Below are positions 9,386-18,070 of a DNA stretch of 64,000 bases, one piece after another (position 1 is the first letter of the stretch; every line of letters begins with the position of its first letter). The position numbers and the translations under genes are program-made. This DNA is from Candidatus Latescibacterota bacterium (GTDB taxonomy: Bacteria; Latescibacterota; UBA2968; GCA-2709665). The stretch lies in assembly GCA_965222075.1 (NCBI GenBank), contig OZ244937.1, positions 2,304,001 through 2,368,000 on the forward strand. The letters are read 5' to 3'. The notes beneath the pieces were generated by a model, which was not told the origin of the DNA, ran no database searches, and saw only the letters and a list, made by a program, of their open reading frames with translations.

Positions 9386-12300
9386 ATGAAAAAAAGGGTA
9401 GTTAATCAGGTCACCCCGCTGTTGCCGCTGGCGACGTGCTTCTTCGCATTGTTCTGCCTCCCTTCTGTCAGTTCTGCGTCGCCCCCTCCTGCCGACAGCA
9501 CGCATTTCTGCGCCTTCGACGACTACGAGCAGTGGCGGCGCGATCACCCCCGCCCGGCGGCCAAGCCGCTGGCGGCTCTGAACGTGGGCGAACCGCGCAC
9601 CGTGCGGATGATCTACTTCCTGCCCAGCGACTGGCCGTACCGCGCCGATGTGGTCGATTCGATGAAGACGGTGATCAAGGAGAGCCAGACCTTCTATCGC
9701 GAGCAGATGCAGGCGCATGGCTACGGCGACTGGACCTTCCGCATCGAAACCGATGCGCAGGGCGAGCCGCTGGTGCATCGCGTGGACGGACAGCATCCCT
9801 TCAGCCACTACGACAACACCCTCGGTAGGGCGGTGGTCGACGAGCTTGGACAGACGTTCGACCGCGATGGGAACATCTATTTCATCGTCCTGGGTACTGA
9901 TGCGCTTCGTCAGGGCAATGGTCAGCCTGCGGGAGGGGTCGGACGGCGGCGCACGAAGAACGGCGGTGTGCTGGTGGTGCCGGATGACTTCAGTTTCTTC
10001 ACGGTTGCCCATGAACTCGGACATACCTTCGGCTTGTATCACGACTTCAGGGACAACCGGTACATCATGTCGTATGGATTTGATCAACGCGGGGTCCTGT
10101 CTGCGTGTGCCGCCGAATTTTTGTCCGTGCATACCTACTTCAATCCCGCCAGTCCGATTGAGGAGGGAACGCCGCCAACCGTCGAGATCACTTCGCCCAC
10201 GAGATATCAGCCAGGCACGACAAGCGTCCCGGTTCAACTTCAGCTCAGCGATCCAGAGGGACTTCATCAGGTGAGCCTGATTGCCAACGCGAAGCCGTGT
10301 CATGGATTGGCGGGACAAAAAGACGCTGTCGTAGAGTTCGACTTTGACGGCAGCTTCCGGCAACGCGGATTTACGAATCTTTCCGACCAGCCCATACATT
10401 ACCTTCTCATCGTCGCCGTCGATGCGGAAGGGAACGTAAGCGAGACGAATTCGTTCCTTGCCGAAAGCTCTCCCTATGAGATCGCTGTCCTGAGGGGAGA
10501 TGCGGACCACGTCGGGTCCGTGGCGTTTTCGCCCGTCGAATCCATTCTGGCTGCCGGGCCGGCGGGTTCTGGTTCGTTCATTCTGTGGGACGTGAGCACA
10601 CGCGAACGGATCGGGACTCTGGAAGGCGCGGGGGGCGCGGTTCCGTTTTCGATTGCGTTTTCACCCGAGGGAGCCATGCTCGCCGCGCCACGGGGTTTAG
10701 CGATCCAGCTGTGGGACGTAAGGAACCGGGAACTGATCGGCGCCTTCGAAGGACATACGAGTCGAATCAGATCCGTGGCGTTTTCCGCCGACGGGGCTCT
10801 ACTGGCTTCCGGGTCGGACGATCCCACGGTGAGGCTGTGGGACGTGGCACACCGACAGGAGATCGCTACCCTGGAAGGACATGCGGCGGAAGGACATGAG
10901 GCTCAGATCAATGCGGTGGCTTTTTCGCCCGATGGGACGCTGCTCGCCTCCGTGTCAGGCAATCATTCAGGCGATTATACGAAACCCGACGAAGGCACCG
11001 TCAGGCTGTGGGACGTGGAAAGCCGAGCAGAAATCACCATCCCTGAGCGCACACGGGGGGCGGTAAGGCAGGTAGCATTTTCGCCCGATGGGAAAAGGCT
11101 CATCTGGGCTTCGTCGCCAGATGACCAGGTCACGCTGTGGGACGTGGAGAGTCGGGAACCGATAGCGGCCTTTGAGGGGTCGAGCTTCGCGTTGTCCCCC
11201 GATGGCGCCATCCTGGCTTGCTTTTCGGGGACGATCACACTGTGGGAGGTGGGGACGGGAAGACAGATCGTCACTCTGCCAGATGCATTTCTCAGTGAGA
11301 GCTTGTCCTTTTCGCCCGACGGCGCGATTCTCGCCGCCGGGTCGTGGTCGTACGGCACGATCACGCTGTGGGACGTGTCGGAGTGGACGGGGCCTCGTCC
11401 CTCGGCCCTGGAGATCATCTCCGGCGACGGCCAGCAGGGCGCGCCCGGCGCCGCGTTGACCCGGCTCCTGGTGGTGGAGGTACGGGATCAGTACGGCAAC
11501 CTCCTGCCCGATGCGGCGGTCACCTTCACGGTCACCGCCGGGGAAGGCCAGCTCAGCGGCCGGTTCACGGTGGAGCACATCACCACCGATGCCGACGGCC
11601 GGGCGGAGCTGATCCTTACCCTGGGTCCTCAACCGGGGCAGAATATCGTGGGCGTGACCCTCGGGGGGCACGAGCTGGCGACGTTTACCGCCGAGGGTGT
11701 GGGCACGGCGGTGGCGGAGCTGGAGGAGGACTACCGGACCTGGCATCTGCCCACGGCAGCGACGGTGCGTCTGGGAAAGGGCGCCCTGGGAGAAAGCGAC
11801 CGGGCGGTAGCTCTATCAGCGGACGGCCGATGTCTGGCCGTGGCCAGCGGCATCGGCGTGTGGCTGTACGAGGCGTCCACGTCTCGTGCTCTGGCGCTGC
11901 TGCCGAGTGAGAGTGCGGTCCATTCGGTGGCGTTCTCCCTCGGCGGCACCCTGGCTGCAGGACTGGACAACGGCCGGGTCGAGCTGTGGGAGGTGGAGAC
12001 CGGTGAGCGGACCGGCACGCTGAGGCATGCGGATTGGGGCCGGGTCACGGTGGTGTTCTCGCCGGATGGGACGAGGCTGGCTTGCGGGTCATTGGAGCAG
12101 GTCATCAAGCTGTGGGATGTGGAGACCAGGCGCGAGGTGGGCACCTGGGAGGTGCCGCGGGAAGGCAATTCAGTTTGGCCCCTCTCGGTGGCCTTTTCGC
12201 CGGATGGGACGAGGCTGGTATCGGGGTTTCAGGATGGCACGGTCAGGCTGTGGGACATAGCGACACAGACGGAGTTGGCCACCCTGGAGGGGCATACGGA

Positions 12301-13726
12301 TCGGGTCACATCGGTGTCGTTTTCGCCCGATGGCGGCTTGCTGGCTTCGGCCGGGGGGTGGAGTGATCCCACGGTCCGGCTGTGGGACGCGGCGACCCAA
12401 ACGGAGGTGGCCACGCTGAGGGGGCATACCAGTGAGGTGCGTTCGGTGTCGTTTTCTTCGCCTGACGGCGCCACCCTGGCTTCCGGGGCATGGGACCGCA
12501 CGGTTCGACTGTGGGACGTGGCCACACAAGAGGAGGTGGCCACCCTGGAAGAGCATAGTGGTCCGGTCCATTCCGTGTCGTTCTCGCGCGATGGCGCGAC
12601 CCTAATCTCCGGGGCCGCGGACGGCAGGGTGCTGCTGCGGGATGTGGAAACGGGCAATGTCGCAGGGCTCTCCGGTCACGGATCCTTGTCCTCGATGGCG
12701 CTTTCGCCCGATGGCGACCTTCTGGCTTCGGGGTACCAGGACGGCACGGTCCGGCTGTGGGATGCGGCGACACGGACACGGATCGCCACTCTTGAGGGGC
12801 ATACGTCCGGGGTCGGTTCGGTGTCTTTTTCTTCGGACGGCGCCACCCTGGCTTCCGGGGCATGGGACCGCACGGTCAAGCTGTGGAACGTGGGAACCCG
12901 AGAACTGGTCGGGACGCTGGAAGGGCATACGTCTGGAGTCAACGCAGTGGCGTTCTCGCCCGATGACGCCACCCTGGCTTCAGCCGGGGGTTGGAATGAT
13001 GCCACCGTGAGACTGTGGGACGTGGCGACACGGACGGAGATCGCCACCCTCGAAGGGCATACGCATTCGGTCCTTTCGGTGGCGTTTTCGCACGATGGCG
13101 CCACCCTGGCTTCGGGAGGGGGCTATGAAGACAACACGGTCAAGCTGTGGAACGTGGCGACCCGAGAAGAGATAGGCACCCTGGAAGGGCATGAGTACGA
13201 GGTCAATACAGTGGCGTTTTCGCCCGACGGGACCACCTTGGCCTCCGTCTCGTGGGATGGCACCAGACTATGGACTGTAAGGACCCGAGAACCGATCGCT
13301 AACCTTGAAGACGCGGGGGGCCAATCGGTGGCCTTCTCGTCGGATGGAGCATTGCTCGTTTCCGGTTCCTGGGGGACGGTCAGCCTATGGGACGTAGAGA
13401 CACGGGAACAGATCGTCACACTGGAGGGGCATTCAGGTTCAGTTCATTCCGTGGCGTTTTTGAGCGACGGCACCGCCCTCGCGTCCGGGTCAGAGGACGG
13501 CACGATGCTGCTGTGGGATATTGCGCCGTACACCGCCGCTCAAACCTCCAACCCCGACTTCGACGGCGACGGGACCGTTGGCTTTGGCGATTTTGTGCAG
13601 TTTGCAGCACGGTTCGGGTTAAGTCAAGGCGACGCGGGATACGATGCGCGGTACGATCTGGATGGGGATGGTACCATCGGGTTCGGCGATTTCGTGATTT
13701 TCGCCAACGCCTTTGGGAAGAATTAA
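9386..13726 (+). CDS. Secreted metzincin-like metallopeptidase / WD40 / Ig-like / EF-hand-dockerin-like protein
   Basis: Signal peptide; HELGHTFGLYH plus Met-turn YIMSYG; about 20 WD40 repeats; C-terminal DFDGDG...YDLDGDG pair. Confidence 0.9.
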   Translation: MKKRVVNQVTPLLPLATCFFALFCLPSVSSASPPPADSTHFCAFDDYEQWRRDHPRPAAKPLAALNVGEPRTVRMIYFLPSDWPYRADVVDSMKTVIKESQTFYREQMQAHGYGDWTFRIETDAQGEPLVHRVDGQHPFSHYDNTLGRAVVDELGQTFDRDGNIYFIVLGTDALRQGNGQPAGGVGRRRTKNGGVLVVPDDFSFFTVAHELGHTFGLYHDFRDNRYIMSYGFDQRGVLSACAAEFLSVHTYFNPASPIEEGTPPTVEITSPTRYQPGTTSVPVQLQLSDPEGLHQVSLIANAKPCHGLAGQKDAVVEFDFDGSFRQRGFTNLSDQPIHYLLIVAVDAEGNVSETNSFLAESSPYEIAVLRGDADHVGSVAFSPVESILAAGPAGSGSFILWDVSTRERIGTLEGAGGAVPFSIAFSPEGAMLAAPRGLAIQLWDVRNRELIGAFEGHTSRIRSVAFSADGALLASGSDDPTVRLWDVAHRQEIATLEGHAAEGHEAQINAVAFSPDGTLLASVSGNHSGDYTKPDEGTVRLWDVESRAEITIPERTRGAVRQVAFSPDGKRLIWASSPDDQVTLWDVESREPIAAFEGSSFALSPDGAILACFSGTITLWEVGTGRQIVTLPDAFLSESLSFSPDGAILAAGSWSYGTITLWDVSEWTGPRPSALEIISGDGQQGAPGAALTRLLVVEVRDQYGNLLPDAAVTFTVTAGEGQLSGRFTVEHITTDADGRAELILTLGPQPGQNIVGVTLGGHELATFTAEGVGTAVAELEEDYRTWHLPTAATVRLGKGALGESDRAVALSADGRCLAVASGIGVWLYEASTSRALALLPSESAVHSVAFSLGGTLAAGLDNGRVELWEVETGERTGTLRHADWGRVTVVFSPDGTRLACGSLEQVIKLWDVETRREVGTWEVPREGNSVWPLSVAFSPDGTRLVSGFQDGTVRLWDIATQTELATLEGHTDRVTSVSFSPDGGLLASAGGWSDPTVRLWDAATQTEVATLRGHTSEVRSVSFSSPDGATLASGAWDRTVRLWDVATQEEVATLEEHSGPVHSVSFSRDGATLISGAADGRVLLRDVETGNVAGLSGHGSLSSMALSPDGDLLASGYQDGTVRLWDAATRTRIATLEGHTSGVGSVSFSSDGATLASGAWDRTVKLWNVGTRELVGTLEGHTSGVNAVAFSPDDATLASAGGWNDATVRLWDVATRTEIATLEGHTHSVLSVAFSHDGATLASGGGYEDNTVKLWNVATREEIGTLEGHEYEVNTVAFSPDGTTLASVSWDGTRLWTVRTREPIANLEDAGGQSVAFSSDGALLVSGSWGTVSLWDVETREQIVTLEGHSGSVHSVAFLSDGTALASGSEDGTMLLWDIAPYTAAQTSNPDFDGDGTVGFGDFVQFAARFGLSQGDAGYDARYDLDGDGTIGFGDFVIFANAFGKN

Positions 13727-13815
13727 AGAATCAGGGAAAACGAGAAGCCTGCGATCATGAACCTGAAGACACTCTGTCATCGCGGTTTGATCAAAGGCGG
13801 TGGTGAGGAGCCGTT

Positions 13816-14715
13816 TCACATTTCACGGTTTCCGGACATGGCGAATCGGATCGCCCCGGGCAGCGCCTCCACATCCAGGGTTGCATCGCCCGCCACCGCC
13901 TCTCCGTCCACCTGCAACGGACCGGGTGCCGGCTGCACGATCCGAAGCGCCCGCGTCCGGAACAACCGTACACCCGACATCCTATCGACCGTACCGGTGA
14001 AAAGCCGGGGGATGTGCCCTAAGGCCCGCAGCGGCCCCACGTCTTCGATCACACACAGGTCGAGCAGGCCGTCGTCCGGACGGGCCCCCGGAGCAATAAT
14101 CACGCCGTTGCCGTACTGTGCCGTATTGGCCACCGTCAAAATCGCAGGTCGCGTCCGAACCGTCGCCCCCCCATCTAAGATAACCTCCACCTCTTTGGGG
14201 GTATATGACCAGAACGCCGCCACACTCAGTGCCACATAAGGCAAAAGCCCGCGGCGGCCCGACCTGTTGTTGTAGCGCCAACACACCTCCGCATCCAGCC
14301 CCACGCCGGCCGTTGAAAAAAAAATCTTATCCCCAATCCGGCCCACATCCATCGGTCGGACATCGGCCTGGAGCAGTGCCCTGCAGGCCTGCGCCGGATC
14401 AAGAGAGATGCCCAGCGCACGGGCAAGCGCATTTCCCGACCCCAGCGGCAGCAGGCCCAGCGCCGTCTCCCGTTCCACCAGCCCCCTGCCCACTTCGTTC
14501 AGCGTCCCATCTCCCCCCACAGCCACCACCAGCCCGACCCCCTCATCGGCCGCCTCCCGGGCCAGCACCGTCCCGTGTCCGCGGTACGCTGTACAGACCG
14601 TCTCAAATACAATGCCCGTCCCGCTCAATACCCCCCGGATGACGGCCTCCACATCCCCGCGCCGGTTCCCCGCCAGAGGGTTCTTGATAAAACACATGCT
14701 CGAAAATCGGTTCAC
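13816..14715 (-). CDS. Diacylglycerol/lipid kinase family protein (YegS/DagK-like)
   Basis: NPLAG, GGDGTLNEV, PLGSGNALAR, GVGLDA, YGNG, DDGLLD and QVDGE motifs. Confidence 0.92.
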   Translation of the reverse strand: MNRFSSMCFIKNPLAGNRRGDVEAVIRGVLSGTGIVFETVCTAYRGHGTVLAREAADEGVGLVVAVGGDGTLNEVGRGLVERETALGLLPLGSGNALARALGISLDPAQACRALLQADVRPMDVGRIGDKIFFSTAGVGLDAEVCWRYNNRSGRRGLLPYVALSVAAFWSYTPKEVEVILDGGATVRTRPAILTVANTAQYGNGVIIAPGARPDDGLLDLCVIEDVGPLRALGHIPRLFTGTVDRMSGVRLFRTRALRIVQPAPGPLQVDGEAVAGDATLDVEALPGAIRFAMSGNREM

Positions 14716-15305
14716 CTCACACCCAGCCGTTTCACCAAAACCTGGCCGATATCCATCAGGATCTTGTAGGCAACCTGGGAAACATCGACGGTCTGAATCA
14801 ATCTTTCGGGATAGTGCGCCAGGGTCTCCCCGGTCTGCTGGTCGTAAACCTTGAACCGGTTGCGAATAACCTCCTCGTTGGCATCATCTTCCCGGCCCTC
14901 CACCACCGCACGCCCCTGCAGGCGCCTGATCAGAATGTCCCGATCCGGACAGTCCAGAGAGAGAATCAACACAACCCCTAAGTCGTCCTTCACCATCCTG
15001 GCCTGAGCCCGGGTGCGCGGCAGACCGTCCAGCACCAGGTGCTGCTCATCCGGTTTAAAATCTCCAGACGCAATCAACGTCTGCATATATTCGCGCCAGA
15101 GGGCCACGGCATGTTCGTCAGGGACCAGCTCTCCCTTGCGAATGTAGGAAAGGGCGAGTTGCCCCACTTCGCTGGTCGGCGTCAGCCCCCGAAACATGTC
15201 GCCTGTGGACACATGGGAAAAGCCCGGAACCTTTCCCAGAATATCGCCCCAGGTTCCCTTGCCCGATCCGGGCGGTCCAAAGAGTAAAATCGTCTGGTAG
15301 GCCAT
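14712..15305 (-). CDS. adk: Adenylate kinase family protein (short-LID type)
   Basis: GPPGSGKGT, STGDMFR, GELVPD, LDGLPRT and GREDD motifs; start reassigned to MAYQTILL at 15305. Confidence 0.88.
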   Translation of the reverse strand: MAYQTILLFGPPGSGKGTWGDILGKVPGFSHVSTGDMFRGLTPTSEVGQLALSYIRKGELVPDEHAVALWREYMQTLIASGDFKPDEQHLVLDGLPRTRAQARMVKDDLGVVLILSLDCPDRDILIRRLQGRAVVEGREDDANEEVIRNRFKVYDQQTGETLAHYPERLIQTVDVSQVAYKILMDIGQVLVKRLGVR

Positions 15306-15488
15306 CTGCACTCCGATGATCAGGGTTGAACACAACACCGCTAACAGCGAAACATTATCATTTCGCGCAAGAAAATCAAGCCCTTTTTGAACCCGGGTGG
15401 GGAGACGATCCGGTGAGCCGGAGGCAGGCGTGAGCCAATCGTCCGGGGTAGGGTAGACGCAGAGAGTGCGGAGAGATGTATTTTGGCC

Positions 15489-15517
15489 TTGACTGCTGAC
15501 CATCCGTGCAGTATATT
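15489..15517 (+). promoter_or_regulatory. Sigma70-type promoter TTGACT-17-TATATT for the HD gene
   Basis: Direct motif match 55 bp upstream of ATG 15572. Confidence 0.65.
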
Positions 15518-15571
15518 AACCGGTGGCCAAGCCCTGCAAATTGGTTCACCGGACCTTGAAAGGACGCTCAA

Positions 15572-16804
15572 ATGGTCATTCGGGACCCCGTCCACGGAGA
15601 CCTCCGCTTCACCGATGCGGAACGCCGCGTTATGGACACCTACCAGATGCAGCGCCTGCGGGGCATCCGGCAGACCGGCACGGCCTACCTGGTCTACCCG
15701 GGGTGTGTGCACACCCGATTCGAACACTCGCTGGGGACCTCTGCAATGGCCAGGCGCATCGTCTGCGCCCTCCGGGACAACGGCGTGGCGGTTCGCGCCG
15801 AGCAGGAGGCGGTTGTGGTGCTCGCAGCGCTCGTCCACGACATTTCCCACCTTCCTTTCGGCCATACCTTCGAAGACGAGCGCAAACTCTTCCCCCGGCA
15901 CGATACGGTGGAACGCCTGCGGCACTTCCTGTCTCAGGACGAACTGGCAGATGCTCTGAAGGCCTCGGGATTTCCAGATGAAGTCTTCGCCCTGCTGACC
16001 GACCGTCGGTTCGATCCCCCCTGGATGCGGCAGATCATCTCCAGCACCGTTGACGCCGACCTGCTCGACTACCTCCGCAGAGACGCTTATTTTGCAGGAC
16101 TGCGGCAGGACTACGACGACCGGATCTTCAGCACCTTTACCGTTGCAGAGGGAAACCTGGCCATCAACATGGCCAGGCTGAGCACGCGCACCGAATTGCT
16201 GCACCTGCTCCGCCTCCGCTACTTTTTAACCGAACGGGTCTACTACCACCACGCCAAAGTCGTCTCCGGGGCCATGATCGCCAAGGCCGTGGAACTGGCA
16301 GTGGAAGGAGGACTAACCGAAAAGGATCTCTACGACCTGACGGACGACGCCCTGCTGCGGACCCTCATAGGACGGGGAGAGGCACGCATCGAACGCCTCA
16401 TCAAAGGGGTCATGCACCGCAAGCTGCTCAAACGCGCCTACCTCATCTCCGCAGCCGAAGTGGGCCGCCGGGACCGCGACGAACTGATTGCCACCTACAA
16501 CCGATCGGTGGAGGCCCGGAAGCGGACCGAGCGGGAAATCGCCGACGCAGTCGTCCTCGACCCCGACCAGGTCATCCTCTACTGTCCCGATATCTCCTCG
16601 ATCAAAGAGGCCAGGGTATTTATCGAAACCCGCGACGGACTGCGACGCCTCAACGAACCCCTCGACAGCCCCCCATTCGACGTCAAGGCCGTGGAGGACC
16701 AGTACGAGAGACTCTGGAAACTCTACGTATTCGCACCTGAAGGCTACCGCGAGCGGGTGGGAAAGATCTGCGAAAGGATCTTTGGTGAACCCAACGCACT
16801 CTAG
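15572..16804 (+). CDS. HD-domain phosphohydrolase (dNTP triphosphohydrolase/SAMHD1-like family)
   Basis: IRDPVHG, QRLRGIRQTG, HTRFEHSLG, VHDISHLPFGH, DADLLDYLRRD and VYYHH motifs. Confidence 0.92.
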   Translation: MVIRDPVHGDLRFTDAERRVMDTYQMQRLRGIRQTGTAYLVYPGCVHTRFEHSLGTSAMARRIVCALRDNGVAVRAEQEAVVVLAALVHDISHLPFGHTFEDERKLFPRHDTVERLRHFLSQDELADALKASGFPDEVFALLTDRRFDPPWMRQIISSTVDADLLDYLRRDAYFAGLRQDYDDRIFSTFTVAEGNLAINMARLSTRTELLHLLRLRYFLTERVYYHHAKVVSGAMIAKAVELAVEGGLTEKDLYDLTDDALLRTLIGRGEARIERLIKGVMHRKLLKRAYLISAAEVGRRDRDELIATYNRSVEARKRTEREIADAVVLDPDQVILYCPDISSIKEARVFIETRDGLRRLNEPLDSPPFDVKAVEDQYERLWKLYVFAPEGYRERVGKICERIFGEPNAL

Positions 16805-16977
16805 TGTAAGAGTGCCCCACCCCACGACTCACCACGCTTCAACGCCGCCACCCGCCGGCGCGCCTTCCCGTTCGTCCGTCTCACATCGCCCCTCCAATTG
16901 CTGACCACTCAAAAAAACAAAAGCCCTTCCTTCGCAGAGAAAGAAAGGCCTCTTTCTTCGCCATTTCGAAGTTCCCC

Positions 16978-17532
16978 TCAAACCTCGCCTTCGGCTTCCA
17001 ATCGCTGTCCGGGATGCTTCATCCGCCCAAACAGGGGCAGGCGGGCGCGTCCTTCTTCCTCCAGCTTCTTGTGGCACGACCGGCAGACCGAAATCAGGTT
17101 GCTCAACACATTGGCGTCCGATGCCGAGGCGAACATCCGCACAGGCGTCAGGTGATGCACATCCAGCTGGCGTTTCAACGCTTCCTCCGTAACGCCGCAG
17201 GCCCGGCAGCGGTACCCGTCCCGCTCGCGGGCCCGGGCCGCCTGAGCCGCCCAGTTGCCCCCCCGGTACTCCGGGCGCCCCTCCAGACGCAGCCGAAACG
17301 GTTCATCCGTCTGTTCCTCCTCCCACGCCGCCCGGCACGCGTCGCTGCAAAAATAGAGCCGCATCCCCTTCTCGGCATACCAGCGGGGCAGGGGAAACCG
17401 CACCCCACACGCCTGGCACCGGACCTGCACCTCCTCCTCCCGGCGCGCCGCTTGCTCATCCGCAAAGGCCAGCCGCATCTGCGGCGACACAGCAGCAGGT
17501 CCTTTCTTACATTCGGATCTTCGTTTCGACAT
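16978..17532 (-). CDS. HNH endonuclease with an N-terminal treble-clef (TRASH/YHS-like) zinc finger
   Basis: CQAC...YFCSDAC finger; RDGYRCRACG...DVHH...N..SNLISVCRSCH HNH core. Confidence 0.85.
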   Translation of the reverse strand: MSKRRSECKKGPAAVSPQMRLAFADEQAARREEEVQVRCQACGVRFPLPRWYAEKGMRLYFCSDACRAAWEEEQTDEPFRLRLEGRPEYRGGNWAAQAARARERDGYRCRACGVTEEALKRQLDVHHLTPVRMFASASDANVLSNLISVCRSCHKKLEEEGRARLPLFGRMKHPGQRLEAEGEV

Positions 17533-17540
17533 CGCAGTTT

Positions 17541-17698
17541 AAAATTGCGGCCTAACCACAACCACCGCACTGTCTCCTGGAGAAGGGCGGCACCCGCACC
17601 GAAACTAAGGCGCTGCCCGTCTCGGTCAGGAAAGCAGGCGCGACCCCCTCAAACGGCTTGCTGGTCCACCCTGACCACACGGCTCAGCTTCCCTTCGT
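17541..17698 (-). ncRNA. Structured 5' leader or small RNA upstream of the HNH gene (family not recognised)
   Basis: Nested minus-strand stems GAAGGG/CCCUUC, GCUG/CAGC, CCGU/ACGG, GGUCAGG/CCUGACC and AGCAAGC/GCCUGCU start just after a promoter; a UGCGGU/GCCGCA hairpin followed by AUUUU lies before the ATG. Confidence 0.45.
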
Positions 17699-17704
17699 CT
17701 TTGG

Positions 17705-17734
17705 AATATAGGGAAGATTGTCAGGGGAAGTCAA
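17705..17734 (-). promoter_or_regulatory. Sigma70-type promoter TTGACT-18-TATATT driving the leader and HNH gene
   Basis: The reverse complement of 17705-17734 carries the same hexamers as other promoters in the window. Confidence 0.6.
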
Positions 17735-18035
17735 CGTCAATCGTTATGCGGCCCTTGCCGCATCTGCGGGAACGGCACTTTTTTCTCAACATCTCTTCCA
17801 AAAACCGTTCACAGTATGGATCTCCTCCACCGTCGTTCGACTAACCTGTTGTCTCTTATTCGGGTTCTGAAGATCTCCTTGCGAACAACTTTTTTGAACC
17901 GAATCCGAACGCCTGCCAAACACGTACCAAACGTTGCTCACGCCTTAAAAAAAATTTTCTGATTCAATGCGCTTAAGTTTCAAGACCTTATCGCATTGAC
18001 GATGAAATTTATGCACATTTTCTCAAAATAAGTCC

Positions 18036-18064
18036 TTGACTCCCTCGCCCTCTGCATATATATT
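18036..18064 (+). promoter_or_regulatory. Sigma70-type promoter TTGACT-17-TATATT with no credible downstream protein gene
   Basis: Direct motif match with an AT-rich upstream region; hexamers identical to the 15489 promoter. Confidence 0.65.
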
Positions 18065-18070
18065 CTATCT

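Noticed and set aside
1-13726. CRISPR array or diversity-generating retroelement
   Set aside because: The repeats are in-frame coding WD40 units; no reverse transcriptase, cas genes or adenine-specific template/variable pair were seen.
16978-17532. IscB/HEARO or Cas9-like element
   Set aside because: Only 184 aa, with no PLMP or split RuvC motifs and no transposon ends or repeat-spacer array.
17541-17698. SRP RNA or cobalamin riboswitch
   Set aside because: GGUCAGG...AGCA spacing is too short and lacks the GNRA loop; AGGGAA and CCAGGAGAC are present but the GGUG/AAUCC/ACUGU core is absent.
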